From positions 1 through 64,000 of IMG/VR virus record IMGVR_UViG_3300036817_000261: a stretch of 64,000 nucleotides of DNA; one strand, given 5' to 3'. The position numbers and the translations under genes are program-made. Below the pieces are notes generated by a model that had not been told where the DNA came from, did not search any database, and saw only the letters and a program-made list of their open reading frames with translations. Of the stretch, positions 35,466 through 44,858 are shown piece by piece (the first letter of the stretch is position 1; each line of letters starts with the position of its first letter). The DNA is from a virus.

Positions 35466-35977
35466 TTTATCTTCTTCTTGTGTCTGTTTGGGGTTGGAGT
35501 CGGAGCGGCTCCGAAAATGGAAGTAGTGATCCGCTCCAGTAACGGTTTAGGTTTTAGCACCGGAATAGCGGCTTTGACAGTCTGACGTGTGTGAAGCGCA
35601 CTCTGCTCGGCATTCTGCGCCGCAGCGTGCGCACTGACTGCGCTGGCTTGGGTCGAGCGTACAGCATCAAGGATCTGCACGGTTTGATTGCCGACTTCGG
35701 TCTTAACGTCATTCATGGTCGCCAGGGCCTTGTCTTGAAACTCGCGATTAGACTGGCGGGCTTGATGCGCTGCAAAGAACTCCAGTTCGCGGGCTAACCT
35801 TTCTTCGCCGAGGGCTCCTTCCAAATATTGGATCTCGGTCGCCTGCTGTTTAAGCAAATGCTCCATCCCGCTTCTAGTGGACTCCAGCTTTTCGCTAGTG
35901 AAGTAATATCCAAGCCAGACTGCTGCCACCACCACCACCAGAAACACAGTCGATAGTGCACGGCCACTGAGCCGCAT
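35462..35977 (-). CDS. Membrane-anchored coiled-coil protein (i-spanin-like)
   Basis: N-terminal TM plus coiled coil. Confidence 0.5.
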   Translation of the reverse strand: MRLSGRALSTVFLVVVVAAVWLGYYFTSEKLESTRSGMEHLLKQQATEIQYLEGALGEERLARELEFFAAHQARQSNREFQDKALATMNDVKTEVGNQTVQILDAVRSTQASAVSAHAAAQNAEQSALHTRQTVKAAIPVLKPKPLLERITTSIFGAAPTPTPNRHKKKIK

Positions 35978-36008
35978 TCTCGGTTTACCTTCTCTGCCCA
36001 ATTTTTCG

Positions 36009-36173
36009 CTAGTGGTAACCCCGTGCGAAAAGAGCCATGACGATAACGAATGCAACAACGAAGAGGACCATACCGAAGGTGTTGTCGTCATGGGCGTAAG
36101 CTCGCTCGATTTCACTAAAGGTATCGGTTAGTTGTGTCTCGTTTACCCCTACCCAGTGATTTACAGGAGTCAC
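36009..36173 (-). CDS. Small membrane protein (54 aa, not in ORF track)
   Basis: GTGA overlap; C-terminal TM MVLFVVAFVIVMALF. Confidence 0.5.
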   Translation of the reverse strand: MTPVNHWVGVNETQLTDTFSEIERAYAHDDNTFGMVLFVVAFVIVMALFARGYH

Positions 36174-37015
36174 TTATGATCATCGCCACTCGGGTGCTGA
36201 CTAACATTAGGTTGAAAAAATGGAGCACCGGGAAATTCCGGCATGTGTGCTCCCAGGTCATGCAAGGAATTCCACATCATACCGTTAGTTCGCTGCTGGT
36301 CGCTAAACTGGACATTGCGTACCTGTCCGTCCGCGTTGAATTGGGTTTCGACTTCGGTAAATTTTTGGTCAGTCCATGAGCTGATGCCGCGCACCTCTTT
36401 TGCTAGATCCGATACGGCTGCCTCCAGATGGGCCAGCTGAATCTTTTGATCGGCCCGGTCCTGAATCGAAGTCGAGTTCTGCTGGGTCACTTGCGCCTTG
36501 AACTCTGGGTAACCAGTAATCGCAGTGGCGATTGTCGAAATCGCATTCGAGTTCTGATTAACTTCGCTTTGTAGTTTGGAGCTGACCTCGTTGATCCTGT
36601 TCTGCGTCTCACTGCGCTGAGCTGTGTTCTCAGAGGTGATTAATTGCCGGGTGGCTTCTGCGGCCTGATTATTAAACCACGTAAAAACGACGAACAATGT
36701 GCCGCATACTGCCGATACGCTAACGATGTTGTATTTGCGGTTCCCCTCAAGACTTTCAATTTTTGTCTTGGCTTCGCGTTGCTGGTCCTTGATGCCCTCG
36801 AGCTTGTCGCGTTGCTGATCCTTGATGCCCTCGAGTCTATCGGCAATGAGTTTTTCAGTCCGGTCATCGCGGCCCTGGCTTGCTGTGCCTTGGTTGCGCA
36901 CCAGCTCGTTGAGCATGGACTCAATCCGGTCACTCTTATCCTCGCTGGATTTAAGCCGCGCCTCGATCCCGGCCATCCGGTTAACCAGCTCTATAACGGT
37001 AGACTCTTCTGGCAT
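36170..37015 (-). CDS. Coiled-coil single-TM protein (holin-like candidate)
   Basis: Central TM; LEGIKDQQR tandem duplication. Confidence 0.55.
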   Translation of the reverse strand: MPEESTVIELVNRMAGIEARLKSSEDKSDRIESMLNELVRNQGTASQGRDDRTEKLIADRLEGIKDQQRDKLEGIKDQQREAKTKIESLEGNRKYNIVSVSAVCGTLFVVFTWFNNQAAEATRQLITSENTAQRSETQNRINEVSSKLQSEVNQNSNAISTIATAITGYPEFKAQVTQQNSTSIQDRADQKIQLAHLEAAVSDLAKEVRGISSWTDQKFTEVETQFNADGQVRNVQFSDQQRTNGMMWNSLHDLGAHMPEFPGAPFFQPNVSQHPSGDDHK

Positions 37016-37028
37016 CCGTGCCTTAGGT

Positions 37029-37265
37029 TTATCCAGACTGAGGCAAAGGCCAAGTTTGCTGCGCGCTAAAGATGTCGGTCAGATAAACCGGCGGCGGCAG
37101 GAAAGCCTCAGTCTGCGACCCCGGCGGATAGATCGATGCGTAAGGCGGCATCACGAAGGGACCTTCCTCCGGGTTGATGATGGCCCCCTTAATCGCCTGA
37201 ACTTGGTTCTGGCCGCAGTAAGGCTTTACTGGGTTCCGGCCAGTGTAAGGATCTGGGGGGTTCAG
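37029..37265 (-). CDS. Pro-rich GQNQ/EGP-family protein lacking a canonical start
   Basis: 78-codon frame starting at CTG in a CTGA overlap; PYCGQNQ..PEEGP matches paralogues. Confidence 0.55.
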   Translation of the reverse strand: MNPPDPYTGRNPVKPYCGQNQVQAIKGAIINPEEGPFVMPPYASIYPPGSQTEAFLPPPVYLTDIFSAQQTWPLPQSG

Positions 37266-37432
37266 AACTTTTTCAAGGTCTTGGCGAGTCGCGCCCGCTC
37301 CCCGACCTTGCCTCCCTTCGCGGCAGCTTTATCTAATTTCTTAGCTGGTATCTTCTGTCCTTTTGGAACTCCCAGATCCTTGTGTAAGGCCCCAGGCTTC
37401 TTGATTGCACCTTTGATCCAATTCTTTGCCAT
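37262..37432 (-). CDS. Small Lys-rich conserved phage protein (56 aa, not in ORF track)
   Basis: WIKGAIKKPGALH..LGVP.G.KIP..RARLA.TL motif. Confidence 0.8.
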   Translation of the reverse strand: MAKNWIKGAIKKPGALHKDLGVPKGQKIPAKKLDKAAAKGGKVGERARLAKTLKKF

Positions 37433-37442
37433 AACAATGCTC

Positions 37443-38891
37443 CTATTTCGTTGGTGAATAAATCGAGGGTTGTGCGTCCAGAGCCACGGCTAGAGGCACC
37501 GCATAGACGTTGCCGGTGTCGTTGTCCAGAATGATCAGGTTGTTGCCCTGGATGTATATCCTGACCTGGGCCGGTGGCGGCCCTGGCGTGACCACTATGG
37601 GGTTCCCGACACCGATTGTGCCTTGGCCTACTGGCCCATAGCCAGGACCGCTGTAGCGGTCGCCTACGGTGTTCAGAGCCGGATCCGAAGGACGGGGCCC
37701 CAGCTCCATTGGAGGCGCTGGGCCTACTGCGGTGATGAGGCCGGTCTGGTTCTGGCCGTTGTAAGGCGGGAAAGGCACATTCCCAGGGCCGAATTCCCGA
37801 ACCGGCACTGTGGGTGGTCCCGCTGGAAAGCTGATCGGTAAAAAGGGAGGGTTCCCGCCAACTGGGCCGGGCGGCGGCGGCGTAGGCGATTGGATGGTTA
37901 CATTGGCGACTCCAGCGAAGGACATGTTCCCGCTGAGTGATAGGTTGATTGGGTTACCTATCTGGGCGACACCGCTCATCCCCATCGACCCTTGGAGGGT
38001 TAAGGGCATGCCAACTTGTGGCGAGGCCAGCCCGGTCATGGCCATGGCACCCGTTAACTGAACTCCTGTTTGCCAAACAGCCTGTCCGGCGAGACCCATC
38101 GAGCCGGTCAAGACGGGACCCAGCAAGAAGCTCAGCGCGGCCACCCCCGTAAGCAGCGAAGCACCCGTCAGGTCGGTTTCAACACTCAGGGTCAAGGACA
38201 AGGCCCCTGTCATCCCCATGGAGCCAGAGACCGTGGGAGTTATGCTGCCGCCTCCTGAAGATCCCTGTAATCCGACAATCGCAGAACCGAAAACCCCGCT
38301 AGTTGAGGTGAAAACGCAAGCCACGCCACTTTGCGGAGATGCGACAATCTCGTAGGAGAATCCGCTATGGTTTGTCGGTGTGAATAAAAAATTAGCGTTA
38401 AAGGGAGCCGCTGCGGCAGTGCAGGAGCCTGCGGGACTGCAACCAACGATGATAATATCGTTAGATCCTGCGGTCGTAATGCTGGGCGTTGTCGGGTTGG
38501 TTGTAGCGCTGCCACTGTTGCCAGCAGGCGTTCCGTCAAGAGTGACGCTTACCGGCATACCAGAGAGTTCCATCACGACGACGTCTTGCCCTCCAGTCGG
38601 CGTACCGCTAAGGCTCACCGTAACGGTAGGCGTTGTGCCACCTAGAATATTAGGAGCAGCCCAAATTTCGACGTGCCCATAGCTAGCAGTCCCAGGCTGA
38701 GCGATAATTTTCGAAAAAGTGCCTGCGCCAGTCGAAAGCGTGATTCCAGTAACCGTGAGAGGCGAAGCGCCAAAGCAGAAAGATATAACTACGAGAGTGT
38801 TCCCGTTGGTGGTCGTTCCAATCGCGCCGGTTACAGTATTGCCTGCAATCGTGTGGATATCTGCAACTGCCTGAGCTAGAGCAATAGCCAT
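37443..38891 (-). CDS. Virion fibre/appendage protein
   Basis: G/S/T-rich beta domain, L.GSM.M.G repeats, Pro-rich C-terminus. Confidence 0.7.
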   Translation of the reverse strand: MAIALAQAVADIHTIAGNTVTGAIGTTTNGNTLVVISFCFGASPLTVTGITLSTGAGTFSKIIAQPGTASYGHVEIWAAPNILGGTTPTVTVSLSGTPTGGQDVVVMELSGMPVSVTLDGTPAGNSGSATTNPTTPSITTAGSNDIIIVGCSPAGSCTAAAAPFNANFLFTPTNHSGFSYEIVASPQSGVACVFTSTSGVFGSAIVGLQGSSGGGSITPTVSGSMGMTGALSLTLSVETDLTGASLLTGVAALSFLLGPVLTGSMGLAGQAVWQTGVQLTGAMAMTGLASPQVGMPLTLQGSMGMSGVAQIGNPINLSLSGNMSFAGVANVTIQSPTPPPPGPVGGNPPFLPISFPAGPPTVPVREFGPGNVPFPPYNGQNQTGLITAVGPAPPMELGPRPSDPALNTVGDRYSGPGYGPVGQGTIGVGNPIVVTPGPPPAQVRIYIQGNNLIILDNDTGNVYAVPLAVALDAQPSIYSPTK

Positions 38892-38898
38892 AATATTC

Positions 38899-40242
38899 CT
38901 AGTGCGAAATCCGAGCCACGATCAGTTTACTAGGGCCGCCCATTCCTCCTGAGCTCGGATTTACAATGCCGGGACTTGCTAGCCCACTAAAAGCCATGCT
39001 TCCGACAACCACGATAGGCAACGTGCCACCACCACCCTGCGTACGATTGATCAACGGGTGCGGATAGGTGTAGGGAACATAAGCAAAGTTGTTCTGTGCC
39101 CCTGCGGCTTTCTGATAAATGTTTAGATTTGTCGGAATTGAACCCTGTGCGCCTAAATCAATGAAGTTGGTCCCGGCTACAACATTGCTGGAGCCCGACC
39201 CAGAAGGCATCGCGATGGTGCTAGCACCCACACCATTGTTCCACAAATAATAGGGCGAATTGGTATTCGATGCCGTAATCGATCCAACGACAATGCCAGC
39301 TCCTGGCCCATAACTAGGTGGCGTGTTGGTGTAATCAGAATAGAAATTTATTGTGCCTGCACCGAGGTTGGGACCACCCGCAGTTACATTGTTGTAAATG
39401 AAGCCGGATCCCCCTCGCAGAATCATGAAGTTGGCTTGGTTCTGACTAGGCGGCACGTAGAAGGTATTGCTATAGATCTCAATCCACCGGGCACTGACGT
39501 TGACGTTGCCGTGCTGATCGATGGAACTAAAATTCAAATAGTTATACCGGAAGACTGATCTGCATCCATAGTAACCTTCGGTGATCTTGTTAAATGGCGA
39601 GGTTTGCGAGCAGACGCATCTGCAATTCTCGACATAGAGCATCTGGTTGGTGCCCGGAATAATATCATCTACCCAGCCAGCAGTAGACTGATAACCAGTC
39701 CCTTGGTTATGGATGGTTTCAGATGCTCCGCCATTAGTGAAGGTGCAATGATCCACTAACCCATAACCGTTGCCGTCAAACTCCATGAAGACAACGTCCT
39801 GGGTGCCAGCGCTGAAAGAACAATTATCGATCCTGAAAAGATCGTTAGCTGAACTCCCTGTCATTTTTATCGAGCAGGGATTGAATGTCGTGCCGTAAGT
39901 GACCGAAAGACCGAAGGCTATCCCAGAAATCCTAAGATAGTTTCCGCTTGAGCCTGGATTAACCAGAAACGGAACCCCGCTGGTCGAGTTCCAGTTAATG
40001 ATGGTAGGAAGCGACCCGACATTCCCTTGATCGCCGATGCCACCGAGACTATAACTCGACCCAATGATCGAGATGCTTTTTGTGAACGAGACTCCGGTCG
40101 ACCAGCTAAAGGTGCCGGTCGGAAGCGTTATAACATCGCCATCAGAGGCGAAAGTATTGACTATGTACTGGACACCCTGTGTTCCAGAAACATAGCCGCC
40201 GCTTCCTCCGGTGTCCGCTCCGTTGCTATTCCAAGTAGCCAC
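38899..40242 (-). CDS. Beta-helix (pectin-lyase-like) spike/depolymerase candidate
   Basis: ASDGDVITLPTGTF cap; IDNC.F, VDHC.F, YVENC, EIY.NTF, IYNN repeats; YTYPHPL. Confidence 0.75.
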   Translation of the reverse strand: MATWNSNGADTGGSGGYVSGTQGVQYIVNTFASDGDVITLPTGTFSWSTGVSFTKSISIIGSSYSLGGIGDQGNVGSLPTIINWNSTSGVPFLVNPGSSGNYLRISGIAFGLSVTYGTTFNPCSIKMTGSSANDLFRIDNCSFSAGTQDVVFMEFDGNGYGLVDHCTFTNGGASETIHNQGTGYQSTAGWVDDIIPGTNQMLYVENCRCVCSQTSPFNKITEGYYGCRSVFRYNYLNFSSIDQHGNVNVSARWIEIYSNTFYVPPSQNQANFMILRGGSGFIYNNVTAGGPNLGAGTINFYSDYTNTPPSYGPGAGIVVGSITASNTNSPYYLWNNGVGASTIAMPSGSGSSNVVAGTNFIDLGAQGSIPTNLNIYQKAAGAQNNFAYVPYTYPHPLINRTQGGGGTLPIVVVGSMAFSGLASPGIVNPSSGGMGGPSKLIVARISH

Positions 40243-40247
40243 ATTCT

Positions 40248-40724
40248 TTAATAGAGGGTGAAAGTAACTCCCGCCGGGCCTGGGGACGCTGCTGCTAGGA
40301 TAACCTGAACGGTAAGCCCGACAGGTTGAGCCGTCGCCAGATCAATAAAGAAGTCCACGTTGCCACCAGTCGGTCCGACCGTGTCGCAGAATCCGAGCGC
40401 CCCGAGGGTCTGAGCGGTCCCGGCGACTCCGGGCTGAGTAATAGTGTTGGTGTTCTTGAAGACTACGCCTGTGCTGCTGGCATAGGCGGTGATTGTCCAC
40501 GACGCCGTGGGACTGGCCCCCATTGACTGCCGGGCATAAGCCGTATCGCTAGAGGTGAGCCATTCAACGCCGGTTGTGGGGGATTTAGCGGCTGCCGTGA
40601 AGTTGTTAGTATAAAGCGCACACCAAAGACCTGAGGGAATCGGGTACGCTCCAGTCGTGATACCGGTAATCGTGTTTACTAGGCTAGCGTCTGCCGCAGC
40701 CGTAAAGCCTGAACCTGCTGCCAT
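40248..40724 (-). CDS. Phage tail/fibre-associated structural protein
   Basis: ALYT..PT..E..YARQ..N..I pattern. Confidence 0.7.
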   Translation of the reverse strand: MAAGSGFTAAADASLVNTITGITTGAYPIPSGLWCALYTNNFTAAAKSPTTGVEWLTSSDTAYARQSMGASPTASWTITAYASSTGVVFKNTNTITQPGVAGTAQTLGALGFCDTVGPTGGNVDFFIDLATAQPVGLTVQVILAAASPGPAGVTFTLY

Positions 40725-40727
40725 AAT

Positions 40728-40907
40728 TTAGTACTTTCGTTCTTCTCTTGTCCGGCGTTCGTTTTCGTAGATGTACTCAGGAGTAATTACCTCACCTACC
40801 TGTTTGCCTGTCTTTTCCTCGACAAAGAGGATGTGACAACCACCCTTCATCCGGCTGCCGGACGGACGCGGAGGAGGAGTTGGTTCGTTAACAATTTCTG
40901 TACTCAT
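40728..40907 (-). CDS. Small hypothetical protein (59 aa, not in ORF track)
   Basis: MSTEIVNEP..; ATGA overlap. Confidence 0.5.
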   Translation of the reverse strand: MSTEIVNEPTPPPRPSGSRMKGGCHILFVEEKTGKQVGEVITPEYIYENERRTREERKY

Positions 40908-41095
40908 AAAAGATCGCTCTTTTCGCTGACTGAATGCCGTCCGATCTGGGCGAGCATATTCTTGGCTAGTTCCTTACGCATGTAGCGTGTCGGCACGCCT
41001 TGGGCCTCAATTCGAAGCCAGTCGCCCTCCTCATAAAATTTGAGGACGGGCTCTTCGAGCCTGACTTTTGGTTGTCTCGGTATGACTAAATCCAT
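40904..41095 (-). CDS. Small hypothetical protein
   Basis: MDLVIPRQ..; TAATG overlap. Confidence 0.5.
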   Translation of the reverse strand: MDLVIPRQPKVRLEEPVLKFYEEGDWLRIEAQGVPTRYMRKELAKNMLAQIGRHSVSEKSDLL

Positions 41096-41304
41096 TACGG
41101 TCCTCCTCCGATGGTTTGCACGACAGTTGGCGTGATCACTTGGCCGTAACCGTCGATGTAACTTCCAGCCGGGAAAGTTCCTATTGGCGCGGGCGTCCCA
41201 GCAACCGGGCCGCTCTCCCATCTGGTGACCGGATATCCGCCCGAAGGCGGAGGCCATGTGGGGAAAGGCGGCAGGCCGGGCTGGCCCATATTGTTAGTAG
41301 CCAT
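41095..41304 (-). CDS. Pro-rich small protein
   Basis: FPTWPPPSGG..ESGPVA shared with neighbouring gene. Confidence 0.65.
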   Translation of the reverse strand: MATNNMGQPGLPPFPTWPPPSGGYPVTRWESGPVAGTPAPIGTFPAGSYIDGYGQVITPTVVQTIGGGP

Positions 41305-41308
41305 AAAT

Positions 41309-41617
41309 TTACATTCCTGTTGATCCCGGCCCCATGATCGGCGGCGGGCTGATCATCGAGATCTTGGGATCGGCTTTCAGGGGCCCAACCTCCATGGGCC
41401 GGTTCAGTGGCGGAAGCTGCTGGGGCTGGTTTTGGCCGTTACTGCCTAGGGCATAAAGCTGCGGATACTTGATCCCGTTAAAAGGCGGGAAGGGCTTTAC
41501 CGTCGGGATGGTCGTCGGTTGCGGTAAGCCGCTGTGAGGTGCCGCGACTGGCCCCGTTTCCGGGGTCGGGAACGGCGCGCCTCCTGATGGTGGTGGCCAT
41601 GTTGGGAATGTACTCAT
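41309..41617 (-). CDS. Pro-rich small protein
   Basis: FPTWPPPSGG..ETGPVA..PFPPFNG..GQNQ..PMEVGP. Confidence 0.65.
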   Translation of the reverse strand: MSTFPTWPPPSGGAPFPTPETGPVAAPHSGLPQPTTIPTVKPFPPFNGIKYPQLYALGSNGQNQPQQLPPLNRPMEVGPLKADPKISMISPPPIMGPGSTGM

Positions 41618-41621
41618 AGTT

Positions 41622-42290
41622 TTATTTCGCTAGCGGGGTTGGGTCAGGCGCGAGGCCACTGGCCCATTCGGCTTTTAGCCGGGTTTCATCGAAATCGTAA
41701 ACATTAACGTCGCAGGTGCCTTTTACTCCGGCCACGGTGTGAGGAATGGGCCCGCTCGAGCCGTCAGTAAACTGCCAGAGCCAGTAAGTTTTCCAGGCTT
41801 TGGGCAAGACGGCCCTAGTCGAATACTGAGCTAGCCACAGCCGGTGAGCACTCCAGAAAGTGTCGATGTTAGCTGCCAATGTTTCTTTGATCAGGTTTCC
41901 CGAATAAAGAACCCCATGGTTAGGCCGCTTCAGCGTGGCTTCGACTCCGGTAAGCCATTGCTCAGCCTGGACTACTGACATGGTTTTATTGGCGTTGTTC
42001 TCAAAGTCTAAACAGAAGAGATCTTGAGCCCCAGGCTTAGCGAATAAAAGGAAGTTATCGATCTGGCTCTGGACCGGGCTCGAGTCCCCGAAATGATAGG
42101 CTCCCCATAAAAGCCCAGCTTCGGTGGCCGCTTCGCGCGCCTCATCGTAACTGACATCATGATAGCTTTCGCCTTCAGTGGCTTTCCAGATAACCCCGAC
42201 GCATCCGGCCTGGGCTAAGGCTTTCAGGTTACAAGGCCATTCGTAGTGGCTTAGGTCCGGCAGAAAAACTTGGTTCTTTTTCCAGGTCAT
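41622..42290 (-). CDS. GH25 muramidase endolysin
   Basis: DLSHY, KATEG, GAYHF, LDFE, LWLAQY, WQFT, DVN motifs. Confidence 0.93.
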   Translation of the reverse strand: MTWKKNQVFLPDLSHYEWPCNLKALAQAGCVGVIWKATEGESYHDVSYDEAREAATEAGLLWGAYHFGDSSPVQSQIDNFLLFAKPGAQDLFCLDFENNANKTMSVVQAEQWLTGVEATLKRPNHGVLYSGNLIKETLAANIDTFWSAHRLWLAQYSTRAVLPKAWKTYWLWQFTDGSSGPIPHTVAGVKGTCDVNVYDFDETRLKAEWASGLAPDPTPLAK

Positions 42291-42292
42291 GT

Positions 42293-43912
42293 TTACGTTT
42301 TAATGATGTAATTGATGGCCAAGTAAGGCGGGATGTTGTTATGCGCTGTGCCGCTGCCAGTATTGGCAAGAGCGGCGAAACCGGGATTACTATTAAAGGC
42401 GAGCGACCGGTCGGAACCGGCAGTAGTACCTGCGCTAGGCCCACCGGTATTAGCAAAAGCGGCATTAGTCTGGCTAGCGTAATAAGTATTTCCAGCTGGT
42501 ATATTGTCAGAACTTGTTTCTGTAGTTTGTGCGCCTTGCGCCAGCGCAACTCCTCCGCCCGGAGTTCCATAACCGCTAGCAAAATGCGCAGTAATCCTAT
42601 GAGAGTGAGCAGCTTGTGGAGGCCAAGCATGGTAGTGGTCCATCCCGTGCGTATGGCCTTGCATACTGTGCAGGTGGTCCACTCCAGAGCAGAAATGGGC
42701 GTGCCCCAAATCCGTGTGACTATGCGCCGCCAATTCCGCAATAGTGAGCACGTGAGTCGCTTCGCCGCCTTTGCTAGCTAAAGGATAACTAGCGCCAGCG
42801 CCTATGGGGAAATTGCCATTACTAAAGTCAGGCAGAGCAAAGGTCGAGCTGCCATCGCCCGCCCCGAAAGTGGTGGAAATGATCGAGAAAAGAGCGGCAA
42901 AAGTCGTGCGGGAAACGAGAGCTCCATTGCACAAAAGATAACCACCCGGCGCAGTGGGAGTAGGCCACATAAACATGGCCCCGGTCGGTGCCACCCCCAC
43001 GAGTCCTTGCGGACCTTGCGGCCCGGCTGGCCCAACAATTCCCATTGGGCCTTGCGGGCCGGTCGCAGAGACATTGTTACCGATCGGCAGGACGGTGCCT
43101 TGGGGCGCGCCGCCGGGATAGCCCTGATTAACCAGAGCCATCGAGTTGTTAGTATTGTTAACACTCTGGACCGAGAAATAATCGCCTGCTTGGATAAAGA
43201 CGATCTGGCCTGCTGCAAAAGGAGTCGAGTTTTGGACAAAGGCCGTCGCGGCATTTCCTACTGCCGGAACCGTGAAAGCCTGGGTCAGAGTCGAGAAGAC
43301 ACTCGCTCCGGCCACCCCTTGGGGGCCCGGAGGACCGCTTGGGCCAGCAATTCCTTGCGCTCCGCTTGGGCCTCGTAAGTTAGCTGCGCTAACGCTCACG
43401 CCAGCGCCGATCATGATGCCGCAGGGCGTGTTAGTAGGATCTCCGCTGTTAGTGATCTGGACCGTGTTCGGACCCAGGGGCGAACCCGTTACAGTGAAAG
43501 TTCCAGCGCCGGGGATAAAGATCAGGGCCCCGGCTATCATCCAAGAAGTGTCAGTGACAATGATCGTGTAGGGCACGTCCCCGACACAGGGGATCGTCAT
43601 TGTCTGCTGCAGAATACTGATCGCGTTCTTGCCCGCCGGGCCCTGCGGGCCCCTGCCGCCTGCTAACCCCGGAGGCCCGATCTGACCTTGAGGCCCCGGC
43701 AACCCGAATCCTGCCTCGCCCTGTGGGCCAGGAGGCCCGCGCAAGACATCTACAAAACTCCAGACAGGAGGCGTACCGGGAGGGGACGAGGGTTGTGCTG
43801 CATCCCAAAAGCCTCCGTTATCGAGCGTATAACCCAGGTCGCCGACCTTGACGGTGACACCATCGATAGGAGGCAGCTGCGCCTGCGAAGCGACCTTAAA
43901 AAAGTTGGACAC
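42293..43912 (-). CDS. Tail fibre with collagen repeats and tail-collar domain
   Basis: Three Gly-X-Y blocks separated by two similar beta domains; PGGYLLCNG..FALPD..GGEATH.LT..HNNIPPY..YIIKT. Confidence 0.9.
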   Translation of the reverse strand: MSNFFKVASQAQLPPIDGVTVKVGDLGYTLDNGGFWDAAQPSSPPGTPPVWSFVDVLRGPPGPQGEAGFGLPGPQGQIGPPGLAGGRGPQGPAGKNAISILQQTMTIPCVGDVPYTIIVTDTSWMIAGALIFIPGAGTFTVTGSPLGPNTVQITNSGDPTNTPCGIMIGAGVSVSAANLRGPSGAQGIAGPSGPPGPQGVAGASVFSTLTQAFTVPAVGNAATAFVQNSTPFAAGQIVFIQAGDYFSVQSVNNTNNSMALVNQGYPGGAPQGTVLPIGNNVSATGPQGPMGIVGPAGPQGPQGLVGVAPTGAMFMWPTPTAPGGYLLCNGALVSRTTFAALFSIISTTFGAGDGSSTFALPDFSNGNFPIGAGASYPLASKGGEATHVLTIAELAAHSHTDLGHAHFCSGVDHLHSMQGHTHGMDHYHAWPPQAAHSHRITAHFASGYGTPGGGVALAQGAQTTETSSDNIPAGNTYYASQTNAAFANTGGPSAGTTAGSDRSLAFNSNPGFAALANTGSGTAHNNIPPYLAINYIIKT

Positions 43913-44004
43913 TCTCTTTTGGAGCGGGAGGAGAGAGGAAAGCCAGCTTAGTCGTTCTTCAAGAGCTTCACTTTAGGCTGCGGGAGGAGTAAAAGTCCAG
44001 TGCT

Positions 44005-44301
44005 ATGAATACACTTAATGAGTTGCTTACCGTATTAGGTGATACCCAAAAGCTGAGCGCCGGGTATCTCACCCCAGTCGGTTCACCTAATCCTACTGCG
44101 CTCCAAACCCTGATCGCACTGCGCAAGCAATTCGATCCTTGGGTCCTCCTTCAGAACCCGCTCGCCAAACCGGTGAGCCTCTTGACACCCGCTTGGGTAG
44201 GCAGTTTAGGGGCAGGCCAGGACGCAATCTTTTTAGAAGATGTGCAAGGCCGGATTGATACCAGTCACACGCCAAAACCGGCTTACATCTTTGTTTCGTG
44301 A
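44005..44301 (+). CDS. Hypothetical protein
   Basis: 98-aa ORF at the start of the + block. Confidence 0.6.
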   Translation: MNTLNELLTVLGDTQKLSAGYLTPVGSPNPTALQTLIALRKQFDPWVLLQNPLAKPVSLLTPAWVGSLGAGQDAIFLEDVQGRIDTSHTPKPAYIFVS

Positions 44302-44337
44302 TTGCATTTTTAAAACAGAGGAGCACTCTGCAATCAA

Positions 44338-44538
44338 ATGCCCAATAAGCCTAAAGGGACGATTAAGGGCCACCCCATCACCAAAGCCCAACAGCGCCTA
44401 TTCGGGACTGCTCGCGGGATGCAAGAAAGTGGCCGCTCGTCCAAATCGGCAGCTGGCAAGATCGCCAAAGACATTGCGCCCAGCGATCTTCACAAAATCG
44501 CGCAAAAACCCAAAAGCGGATACAGAAAGAAGAAGTAA
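44338..44538 (+). CDS. Small basic protein, DUF3008-like
   Basis: KAQQRLFG..A..IA....L..IA. Confidence 0.6.
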   Translation: MPNKPKGTIKGHPITKAQQRLFGTARGMQESGRSSKSAAGKIAKDIAPSDLHKIAQKPKSGYRKKK

Positions 44539-44540
44539 GC

Positions 44541-44723
44541 ATGGCCAAGAAAGCACCTCCAAAACGCAAGAGCAGCTCTAAATCTAAAGCTCCACCCCCA
44601 GCTCCATTCCCAATGGCTCGTGGAGGCGGCAAGAAACCCAAGGGCAAAGCACCTAAGATGCCGACCCTTGGCGGAAACTTGACCGGTCTGGGCGGGACCG
44701 GCGCAAGCGGCATGATTCCTTAG
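44541..44723 (+). CDS. Small Lys/Pro-rich protein
   Basis: 60 aa, highly basic. Confidence 0.6.
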   Translation: MAKKAPPKRKSSSKSKAPPPAPFPMARGGGKKPKGKAPKMPTLGGNLTGLGGTGASGMIP

Positions 44724-44803
44724 ATTTTATTAAGCCCCGGAAGTGGCTATAATAACTGAGCCGTTGTCCCGTGGCTCTTTAATCTAACGGGGCATTTTCG
44801 TGT

Positions 44804-44850
44804 CGTAAATAGCTGAAAATCAGGGAAAACAGCTTCCGAATTCTTAAGCT
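44804..44850 (+). repeat. Dispersed ~44-bp element, copy 3
   Basis: CGTAAATAGCTGAAAATCAGGGAAAACAGCTTCCGAATTCTTAAGCT; 21 bp identical to copy 1. Confidence 0.85.
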
Positions 44851-44858
44851 TTATCCAC

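Noticed and set aside
35978-36115. Upstream extension of the 217-aa ORF in the track
   Set aside because: The region is better explained by the 54-aa TM ORF in another frame; ATG 35977 gives a clean N-terminal TM.
36822-37457. 211-aa plus-strand ORF
   Set aside because: Antisense shadow of three minus-strand coding frames with recognisable motifs.
42990-43745. Repetitive GC-rich blocks as CRISPR or other DNA repeats
   Set aside because: They encode collagen Gly-X-Y triplets; there is no repeat-spacer structure.
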